DNA of 64,000 nucleotides from Candidatus Omnitrophota bacterium (GTDB taxonomy: Bacteria > Omnitrophota > Gorgyraeia > Zapsychrales > Fredricksoniimonadaceae): positions 30,905 to 94,904 of the forward strand of contig JBAXRK010000004.1 in NCBI GenBank assembly GCA_037131245.1, in the 5' to 3' direction. A model generated the notes under the pieces. The model had not been told where the DNA came from. It worked only from the letters and a program-made list of their open reading frames with translations, and did not search any database. This document shows positions 1 through 7,421 of this stretch, piece after piece. The position numbers and the translations under genes were made by a program. The number at the start of each line of letters is the position of its first letter. Position 1 is the stretch's first letter.

Positions 1-26
1 CCCTTTGGTTCTTTAGGGGGGCGGGC

Positions 27-368
27 ATGGTGGCGCTCGTGCTGGCAATGGTCATGGCGTTCGCCAGACGCCGTCCATTAGCCACTTTGGCCGCCAGGCT
101 TATTGAGATCGATCTTCCTGACCTTCCGGAAAGCATCACGTTGTATCAGTTGGGTGAGATCTATGCTCGACGCTATCAATTGCCTTCTCTGGTTGATATC
201 ATCGGTCAATGGAATGAGCTGATGAGAGTTACTTTTATCATTGTTTATTTTGCTACTTTTGGCGTATTTTTTCTTACGCTCCCGTGGATGCTTTTCTGGA
301 CGGTTATGGCTTGCTTCCTGGTGTTGTTTGTTTTGGGGGCCGTTTTTATGTTGCGGCGCAGCCGTTAG
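27..368 (+). CDS. small hydrophobic membrane protein, unknown function (frame stays open to the window edge, so it may start upstream)
   Basis: 113-aa ORF. The C-terminal half is hydrophobic (FIIVYFATFGVFFLTLPWMLFWTVMACFLVLFVLGAVF). No family motif recognised. Confidence 0.4.
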   Translation: MVALVLAMVMAFARRRPLATLAARLIEIDLPDLPESITLYQLGEIYARRYQLPSLVDIIGQWNELMRVTFIIVYFATFGVFFLTLPWMLFWTVMACFLVLFVLGAVFMLRRSR

Positions 369-2260
369 TGTTTAATTAAAGCTTTAAGTGTTATCAGCAG
401 CACGAGGATCCTTCCGATTGTTGATCCGGTCAGGAAAAAGATCACCGATAGAGGCAAAAAGGCATTACGCAGCAGCCAGGGGCGCCCGAGCCGGGGATGA
501 TCGAAGACTTGCGCGCAAAGGTCGTAATTATGCCAGTTGAGGTTGATCACGCGTTGTTCCCGGAAGCTGTCGTCAAAGAATTTCGCCCCGGGGACGGGTG
601 TCAGGAAGGATAGTCCGGCCATGAATGGCAGGATCCGGCAACTGGACTTCCATAAACGCCATAAAGTCTGCCAGGAATCTCCCGGAAATCCGAAAATGAA
701 GTGCCCCTTGATCAAGATCCCGGCTTTTTTTAGTTTATCACTGAGCGCGATATAGTTTTTTGCGATCGCGAATTTCCCGCCTTTTGCCTGTTCAGCCGAT
801 CCGGCGTCGATCTCATAGCCAATAAGTAGCATCCTACAGCCCGAATCCTTGAGGAGCTTGATGGTTTCTTCGTCGTGAGCGATGTCGATAGTGGCGCTAC
901 CTCCCCAGTTGATCTTCAAGGGTGCCATGGCCTTGAATAGCTCTTTGGCGTAAGGCGGGTTAGCATAAAGGTTGTTATCAAGGAAAACGATGTCTTTCTT
1001 TTTACTGGCGATCCTGGTTATCAGGGCCATGCTTTGTTCGAGGCTTTTTTCGACCTGGACGCCTTTGAGGAGAGATTGGGTCGCGCAAAAGTAGCAGTTG
1101 AATTTACACCCCCGGTTGATGATGAGAAAATCAGCAGCGACGTTGATCGGCGCTGTCATCAGGTATTGGTGAACGCGTTCCATTCCTTCGGGAGAACAGT
1201 AGCCCTGGTATTGGGGCTTAAGTTTTTTTTGTTCGTAGTCTTTAATAACTTCATCCCAGATGCTTTCGGCAGCTCCGGTCAGGACGCTGTCACAGAATTC
1301 CAGTGCTTCTCCGGGGAAGAACGTCACGTGCGGCCCCCCCATGATCACGGTGGCGCCGCGGCGGCGGTATTCTTTGGCGAGCCGGTAGGCGTCCGGGCTG
1401 TTTGACGTGAAACAGGAAATGGCAACCAGGCCTTTATCTTCGTAAAAGCGGTTTTCCCAGATGGGGATGCGATTGTACTCGATGATACGGTAGTCTTTGG
1501 GGGTGAGGGCTTTGAGAACAGTAAAGAAAGCCGGGGTGTTGCGCAATAGCGCTGAGGTCGCCTCAATGAACGTACCGCCACTGGGGAGGTTGACCAGGAT
1601 AAGTGTTTTAGATCGATCGCGCGGCGATTCAGGGTTAACTTGTGATGACAATATTTCGCTAGTGAAAACAGCAAAGGCCAGAAGTTGGGCCTGGATCGCA
1701 AGAAGATCACACAGGCGTCCCGGAATACTTAACGGCTTGAAGAAACCGCTGGCCCAGAATATCCCGTAGGCTAAGGCCGAGAGGACGATGGATGCCGTCA
1801 GCAGCCGGCTAAAGGGTGGTTCCTTTAGGGGTTTAGGGTGCGTTTTGCCAAAACGGCTTTTGATCAGGGTGAAAGCGGCCCAGTAGGAAAGGCAGATCCC
1901 GGTGAGGGCTTTGATCAGGCCGATCGGCACCAAGGTTTGTCCGGTGGCCATGAATAGGCCAGCGTGTAGGGCCCATGGTATGGCCAGTGTTGCTGATGCC
2001 AGCCACCAGCCGTTTTTAACGTAAGCCCGAAAATCACGGGCATGAGCTGTAGACGTTCGGTCAGCAATGATCTCGATGATCATGCCCCATATCCAGGCTG
2101 TCAGGATGACTTCGGCCGGGAAAGAGATGAAAGGACTGATGGCTTTTATCCATAATGATGGAAGGTACAAGGAAGCAGCGATCGAACAATGTTCCACGAA
2201 GTAGAGCCCCATGGCGGGGAACCAGAAAGAATTGATGATGTGAAAGGGCCGGGGCTTCAT
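365..2260 (-). CDS. B12-binding-domain radical SAM protein fused to an N-terminal ~215-aa polytopic membrane domain, plus a C-terminal TM helix
   Basis: CxxxCxxC motif in NRGCKFNCYFCATQ. A Rossmann-like stretch precedes it (VAISCFTSNSPDAYRLAKEYRRRGATVIMGGPH). There are 5-6 hydrophobic helices in aa 1-215 and a hydrophobic C-terminus (LPLSVIFFLTGSTIGRILVLLITL). Confidence 0.8.
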   Translation of the reverse strand: MKPRPFHIINSFWFPAMGLYFVEHCSIAASLYLPSLWIKAISPFISFPAEVILTAWIWGMIIEIIADRTSTAHARDFRAYVKNGWWLASATLAIPWALHAGLFMATGQTLVPIGLIKALTGICLSYWAAFTLIKSRFGKTHPKPLKEPPFSRLLTASIVLSALAYGIFWASGFFKPLSIPGRLCDLLAIQAQLLAFAVFTSEILSSQVNPESPRDRSKTLILVNLPSGGTFIEATSALLRNTPAFFTVLKALTPKDYRIIEYNRIPIWENRFYEDKGLVAISCFTSNSPDAYRLAKEYRRRGATVIMGGPHVTFFPGEALEFCDSVLTGAAESIWDEVIKDYEQKKLKPQYQGYCSPEGMERVHQYLMTAPINVAADFLIINRGCKFNCYFCATQSLLKGVQVEKSLEQSMALITRIASKKKDIVFLDNNLYANPPYAKELFKAMAPLKINWGGSATIDIAHDEETIKLLKDSGCRMLLIGYEIDAGSAEQAKGGKFAIAKNYIALSDKLKKAGILIKGHFIFGFPGDSWQTLWRLWKSSCRILPFMAGLSFLTPVPGAKFFDDSFREQRVINLNWHNYDLCAQVFDHPRLGRPWLLRNAFLPLSVIFFLTGSTIGRILVLLITLKALIKH

Positions 2261-2268
2261 TGTTTTTT

Positions 2269-2297
2269 ATGTTATCTGACGTGCACTCCCTTGACAA
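2269..2297 (-). promoter_or_regulatory. candidate sigma70 promoter for the radical SAM gene (TTGTCA-17-TAACAT); the -10 ends 8 nt before the ATG
   Basis: Read on the minus strand: TTGTCA (2297-2292), 17-nt spacer, TAACAT (2274-2269), then AAAAAACA and ATG. No Shine-Dalgarno sequence is visible. Confidence 0.4.
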
Positions 2298-2319
2298 GGA
2301 CTAAAAGATGGTTTATATT
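2291..2319 (+). promoter_or_regulatory. near-consensus sigma70 promoter (TTGACA-17-TATATT)
   Basis: TTGACA at 2291-2296, 17-nt spacer, TATATT at 2314-2319. Confidence 0.6.
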
Positions 2320-2387
2320 TACCTACATAGAACAAACACGGTCCCGGCATAGCAGTCGAGGGCAGCCGTGTTAAGCAGGCGCTGAGG

Positions 2388-2419
2388 CCCGATGACCAGA
2401 AATGGACATTGGGTTTTTT
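2388..2419 (+). terminator. intrinsic terminator T1 inside the leader
   Basis: CCCGAUG/CAUUGGG stem extended by CCA-GAAA-UGG, followed by UUUUUU. Confidence 0.65.
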
Positions 2420-2441
2420 CATTTGCTGATCGGACAATGTA

Positions 2442-2478
2442 GCCCGATATCCCTTTGAAGGGGGTATCGGGCTTTTTT
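2442..2478 (+). terminator. intrinsic terminator T2, ending immediately before the start codon of the large gene
   Basis: 12-bp stem GCCCGAUAUCCC / GGGGUAUCGGGC with a 7-nt loop, followed by UUUUUU. Confidence 0.75.
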
Positions 2479-2479
2479 A

Positions 2480-5400
2480 TTGGAAACGGTTTTTATGTTA
2501 AATGGCATGGGGCGTTCAAAATTTTTTTCACCATTGATCTGGTCATTGCTGACAGCTTTTACGTTGTCAGCTTTGGGGCCGGCGCCGGAAGCTTTGGCTC
2601 AATCGCTGGGGACCATGAACCCTCCTGGATTGCTCGCGATCACCGGTTATCGCTATGACCCGCTGCGGCTTAAGGGCCTGGTTGTTCATCCGGAGGATGC
2701 GCTGCGTTTTGATTTTCTTGTTGATAAAGGGGATAGTGTCCTGGATGGTCAGGAGCTTAACGCGGCGATCGTCAGGCAGGTTAAATATTTCCTGGCTTCC
2801 CTGGCGGTGCCGGAAAAAGACCTTTGGGTCAATCTGGCGCCCGATGAGCAGAACCGTATCGCGCCCGATGGTTTCGGGACCACGCAAATGGGCCGCGACC
2901 TTCTGGAGCAGGATTATATGCTTAAACAGATGGTGGCTTCGCTCAGCTTTCCGGAAAAAGAACTGGGTGGGGAATTCTGGAAGCGGGTCTACGCGAAGTT
3001 GTACGATAAGTATGGCACGACCGACATTCCCGTTGAAACGTTCCATAAAGTGTGGATCGTCCCAAAGGCGGCGGATGTGCTTGCCCATGAGCGCAGTGTT
3101 TTTGTGGTCAGGGCCGAGTTGGACGTGATGCTGCAAAAAGATGAACAGCCTACCGCTTTTACCGAAGCGTTGCGCGAGGTTATTCTGCCCGAGTTACGTA
3201 AAGAAGTTAATGAAGGCGAGGCCTTCGCGCCGGTCCGGCAGGTATTCAACAGTTTGATCCTGGCCACCTGGTATAAGCGGCATTTAATGGACTCATTGCT
3301 CGGCCGTGGTTACGTGGGACAGAATCATGTCGGCGGGGTGGATGTCGAGGACAAGGCTGTCCGGCAGAAGATCTATCAACGGTACCTGAGTTTATTTCGT
3401 GACGGCATTTACAACTACATTAAGGAAGAGGTTGATCCTTACACGCAGGAGGTTGTTCCGCGGAAGTATGTGTCCGGAGGGTGGGATTTTACGGGTTTTG
3501 GGTTAGCTGGTGATAAAATTTATCGCGAATTCGGGGAAGGCTTCATTGTTCCTCCACCGCTCACACCTGGCGAGAATCTTCTGGTGGCGCGTGTTGGCGG
3601 GGATGTTCTGGGTGCGCGCGCGCTTGATACGATGGCAACACTTGCCGGAGCAGGCTTTACCTCGATGGCTTTTGGCGCCGATCCGGTCAGCCTGGGATAT
3701 GCCGCCACGGTCCTCCCTTTTTTAACACGCGGGTTATATGCCGCTCACTTGTGGGTGCATGAATTCCTGGGCCACGCTATTCCAGCCGCTTTATTGTATC
3801 CCGGTCGCTGGCGCGAAGCGCTTAGCGGAGGCAATTTGACGGCGAACATGCAGGCGCGGCAATGGGCCAGGATCCTGATCCCTTTTTCCATACCTGACGC
3901 TGATCCGAAGGTCCGTTTTGCGGCTGATGGTTGGAGAAAATGGGTCATTCGTAAGTCTGGTTTGGCGGTGACGGCTTTATCAGCGACAGGGTCAGTGGCT
4001 GTTGGCGGGTACCTGGCCGTTACGGGTCATGCCTGGGCCATTCCGGCTTTGGGTCCGCTTACGGTAAGCGCGGTCGCGGTCATGAGCGGAGCGCTTAGCA
4101 CGGACATCGCCGATAATGACAGCAATGAGTATCAGTGCGGCAATTACGGGATCTTCTGGCAGGAAAAAAATGGGCGCGCCTATCCACGCTGGGTGGAAGA
4201 AGGGTTACGGGGCATTCTTAAGCGCCTGATCGTTCGTGGCGGGCAGTCGGCCGGGCAGGTTGAGATCGAGTCACGGGGTGGTAAAACAAAAGTCCTGCTC
4301 GACAAGGTCTTGAAGAACAAGCGCGGAAAAGATCTGCCTTCAAAATTGCTGGGAGCTTTCCGTCGCCGTGCCGGGGCGGACCGTGAGGGAGCCGTTGATG
4401 GCGGGCCAATGGTCCGCGGGGTCAGCGGGCATGTGCGTTACGCGACGGGTGGCAAGGTTACCCGTCTGGCGTCGCATCCGCACCTGGGCCCGGTTGAACG
4501 TCAGGATATTTGGACGGTCAGGGATGGACGCTATGTTAAGGCGTCGCAGGAAGTGGTCGTCGCGATCACCCATAACGGTGACAACGACGATTATCTTTTA
4601 CATGACCGACGGTTGAATCTTGGCGAGATCCGTGACTTTTTTGCCAAGGTCGTTCATTTTGATGGCAAACTTCCTCCGGGTGACTCACCACCGGTCGCTT
4701 TGCAGGTCCATTTTCATTTGACCAAGGGCAATTGGCGTTCTTCGGTGCGCTTCGCGCATATCATGGCTGATTTTACCAAGGCGGACGATGCAATTCAGTA
4801 TGGTCCCGTATCGGTCGATGAGGAGGATGCGGTGGCTTCTGTTTTTGAGAGGGTCTTCATGTCCTACGCCGACCGTTTGGCGGATGAGGCATCTCGAGGA
4901 CAGGCTATGTCAGATTTCCGGGCGAGCCTTGTTCTTGCGCTGGAAGAGCAAAAGAAGGGGAGCACTCCGGCGGGGAAAGTGCTTCAGGCCTGGCAGAAAA
5001 GTCGCAATAGCACAGAGGTATTTGTAGGTATCGCCGTTAACAAATTTTTTTCGGGCGACAGGTTCACCGCGGTCAATGAATTTCAGTCCAGGGCTAACGG
5101 GTCTTACGGCCTGGTGGTGAGGACATCGACTGACACTGACGGGGTGACGGTGTATTCCAGGAATCAGGGAATGGTTCTCGGGTTCAATGACAAGGAACGG
5201 TATTTTGCTTTTGCCTCTGACCCGCTAGTGCTTCAGGGCACTTTCGGCGAAAAAGGCCGGCTCGAAAAACTCTGGATGATGGACCTTTCTGGCCAGGGGG
5301 AGTTGGCCGACGTAAAGATCGATCCGCAGTCGGGTATTTCAGAGTTAAAAGTCCTTTCCCTTAACAAGGGGAGGCTTTTGTCCCATGATGAGATCGCGGC

Positions 5401-7417
5401 ACGGACTTTTCCTCTTAGCGCGGACAATCCGTATTATCAGCCACCGGTGGAATATCCCGACCAGGACGATATTGTGGGTAATGATATCCGTCAGATTTCG
5501 CCGGCGCTGGTACAGGCGCATCAGGTCTGGGAGGATGAAGATTCGTTCAATCGCCGTTCGGCCGAGGCGTTGACCCGGGCGATCGTGGCGCGTTACGCCG
5601 GGAAATATTTCAGGGAGCATAGTTTTATTTACGGTTCCATGAGGCGCCGCCTGATGGATTACATCAAGGAACTGCCTTCCACGCCCGCGCGGGAAGAGGC
5701 GCGGGGTTTGCTGGAGCAGGATAAGGTGTTCCGTGACGTTTTTCGCGCGGGTATCGATCAGTTCATCAACGGGAAATGCGACCTGCTGGCGCAAGGCATT
5801 CTATCTGGCGGCCTGCCCGGGTCTGGCATGGTCGAGTGGGTTCGCCGGATGGATCATGAACTTATCGTTCAGTTCAAGTCCAGGGCAGTGGATGTGGTGG
5901 CGGCCCTGATCAAGGAACCGGACTCGTTTGTCGGGGTCTTGCGTTCGGTGACTCCCGAGATCCCTGGTTTTTCCGAGGAGGCTGATATTCTAGTGAGCGG
6001 TTATGAGAATTCGCTCTGGTTCGGCGAAAACTTCAAGAATATTCTAAACACGTTCTTTCCCGGTTTAAAAATATGGTCGGAGTCTTCCAACAAGATCCTG
6101 CAGGGCGGCGGGGCGCAGCGGGTTACGCCCGGGACGGTAGCCCTTATTTTCAGTAAATCAGGCGGCACTTTCCCCAGCCTGGCCCAGATCGGCTGGCTGA
6201 AAAAAAGGACTGGCGGGAATACTTTTGTGATGACATCACGTATCGATTCCATGATGAGCGTGGCATTGGGCCAGGGGTTGCGCCCCGAGTCGCCGTTTTG
6301 CGAGAGGGTTTTTGTGACCGGGAATTATTATCCGGCGGAATCCGCCTCTTTGTCGGAAGCATTACTTTTTGAGCATCAGGTCGAGCTGGCGATTTATATC
6401 GCCAAAAGGGTGCGTCAGGCTTTTCCTGACGCGGCGCCATGGGGGATGAGCGCGACGGCCGATGAGATCAGCCGGATCGAGCAGCTTCGCGGTGGGATGC
6501 TTGACGATGCCGTCCGGATCACCGGCATCGATGAAAAGGGTAGGGCCGTCGAGGATAAGGTCCATCAGTCCCTGGTCAAACAGGGGCAATACCTTGGAAA
6601 TCATTTGCTAGAAACGCCGGTCGTCCTGGCTTTGTTCCGGGTTTTTGTTTTTGGTGTTTTTATTCTTGGCGCGCCTATCCGGCATGTTTTGGGGGTGTTC
6701 GGGATCACCGGTGGAGCGGCACTCGCGACCTGGAGCGGGTTTTCGATCGCGGCGGCCGATGCTCTTTTTGCGATGATCGTTCCCTTTTTATTGACGGCTT
6801 TTCTTTTTCGGGTTTTTAATTCAAGGCCTAATTTCGGTCGTTTGGGCCCTCCCTCCATGGCTATCGGAGACCTCCCTTTTCTTCATCAGAGCACGGAGAG
6901 CTACGTGACCAAACAGGGCGCTTTTTCGCCAGGGAGCATGTCGATGAACGTGCGCGGCGCAAATCCTGAGGACCATTTCGGGGCCCGTCTGGCTCATCGG
7001 ATCGTGCGCGGGACACAGATCGTCTGCGGCCTGCCCTCCGAACAGGCTTCGCGCGACGCGGTCATTGTGACCTTGCGCCAGGCCAAAGGGATCGTGAACG
7101 GTATTTTCGGGAACGTTTTCAAAGGCGGGGCCGAGGTGACCACCATCGGCCGCGGCAAGTTCATTAATCCTGACGCCTCCGATCATCACGTTGATATCGG
7201 CCCGGATCCGGTGATCATGGAGAGCTCGCCGCTGGTTAAAAAAATCAATCATCTGACCTTTGACGCTTTCGGGCGTTTATTGTCGTACAAAGTTCTTTTT
7301 TATGAAATGTACCGCCGGGCTTCGCTGGGGGGGGCGTTTATGGAACCCTGCCTGGACTTACCCCAGTATTTCAGTCCATACCACGCGTTCTCCGATCGGC
7401 GTGCCGGCAGAAGATAA
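2480..7417 (+). CDS. giant multidomain membrane protein: signal/anchor + exported unknown domain + HExxH hydrophobic block + GlmS-like class-II amidotransferase + SIS domain(s) interrupted by TM helices
   Basis: Uninterrupted 1645-codon ORF. GlmS landmarks appear in the expected order: CGNYG, RGGQSAG, GHVRYATGG..SHPH, THNGDNDDY, FAFASDPLVL, ILVSGYENS, IFSKSGGT. HEFLGH is at aa 427-432. The start is uncertain (TTG 2480, ATG 2495 or ATG 2507). Confidence 0.85.
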   Translation: METVFMLNGMGRSKFFSPLIWSLLTAFTLSALGPAPEALAQSLGTMNPPGLLAITGYRYDPLRLKGLVVHPEDALRFDFLVDKGDSVLDGQELNAAIVRQVKYFLASLAVPEKDLWVNLAPDEQNRIAPDGFGTTQMGRDLLEQDYMLKQMVASLSFPEKELGGEFWKRVYAKLYDKYGTTDIPVETFHKVWIVPKAADVLAHERSVFVVRAELDVMLQKDEQPTAFTEALREVILPELRKEVNEGEAFAPVRQVFNSLILATWYKRHLMDSLLGRGYVGQNHVGGVDVEDKAVRQKIYQRYLSLFRDGIYNYIKEEVDPYTQEVVPRKYVSGGWDFTGFGLAGDKIYREFGEGFIVPPPLTPGENLLVARVGGDVLGARALDTMATLAGAGFTSMAFGADPVSLGYAATVLPFLTRGLYAAHLWVHEFLGHAIPAALLYPGRWREALSGGNLTANMQARQWARILIPFSIPDADPKVRFAADGWRKWVIRKSGLAVTALSATGSVAVGGYLAVTGHAWAIPALGPLTVSAVAVMSGALSTDIADNDSNEYQCGNYGIFWQEKNGRAYPRWVEEGLRGILKRLIVRGGQSAGQVEIESRGGKTKVLLDKVLKNKRGKDLPSKLLGAFRRRAGADREGAVDGGPMVRGVSGHVRYATGGKVTRLASHPHLGPVERQDIWTVRDGRYVKASQEVVVAITHNGDNDDYLLHDRRLNLGEIRDFFAKVVHFDGKLPPGDSPPVALQVHFHLTKGNWRSSVRFAHIMADFTKADDAIQYGPVSVDEEDAVASVFERVFMSYADRLADEASRGQAMSDFRASLVLALEEQKKGSTPAGKVLQAWQKSRNSTEVFVGIAVNKFFSGDRFTAVNEFQSRANGSYGLVVRTSTDTDGVTVYSRNQGMVLGFNDKERYFAFASDPLVLQGTFGEKGRLEKLWMMDLSGQGELADVKIDPQSGISELKVLSLNKGRLLSHDEIAARTFPLSADNPYYQPPVEYPDQDDIVGNDIRQISPALVQAHQVWEDEDSFNRRSAEALTRAIVARYAGKYFREHSFIYGSMRRRLMDYIKELPSTPAREEARGLLEQDKVFRDVFRAGIDQFINGKCDLLAQGILSGGLPGSGMVEWVRRMDHELIVQFKSRAVDVVAALIKEPDSFVGVLRSVTPEIPGFSEEADILVSGYENSLWFGENFKNILNTFFPGLKIWSESSNKILQGGGAQRVTPGTVALIFSKSGGTFPSLAQIGWLKKRTGGNTFVMTSRIDSMMSVALGQGLRPESPFCERVFVTGNYYPAESASLSEALLFEHQVELAIYIAKRVRQAFPDAAPWGMSATADEISRIEQLRGGMLDDAVRITGIDEKGRAVEDKVHQSLVKQGQYLGNHLLETPVVLALFRVFVFGVFILGAPIRHVLGVFGITGGAALATWSGFSIAAADALFAMIVPFLLTAFLFRVFNSRPNFGRLGPPSMAIGDLPFLHQSTESYVTKQGAFSPGSMSMNVRGANPEDHFGARLAHRIVRGTQIVCGLPSEQASRDAVIVTLRQAKGIVNGIFGNVFKGGAEVTTIGRGKFINPDASDHHVDIGPDPVIMESSPLVKKINHLTFDAFGRLLSYKVLFYEMYRRASLGGAFMEPCLDLPQYFSPYHAFSDRRAGRR

Positions 7418-7421
7418 AGCT

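Noticed and set aside
365-368. Convergent genes with overlapping stop codons (27..368 with 365..2260; also ftsA with the 59192 gene, and 28046..28840 with 28824..29297)
   Set aside because: This is a feature of a compact genome rather than a specific element. It is noted only as context for the lack of terminators at these junctions.
2326-2478. Possible identity of the leader RNA as SRP (4.5S) RNA or a glmS ribozyme
   Set aside because: AGCAG-containing segments prompted the SRP idea, and the downstream GlmS-like gene prompted the ribozyme idea. I could not align the conserved domain-IV core (GGAA tetraloop with the flanking AGCA/GG symmetric loop) or the glmS ribozyme core from memory. A covariance-model scan is needed.
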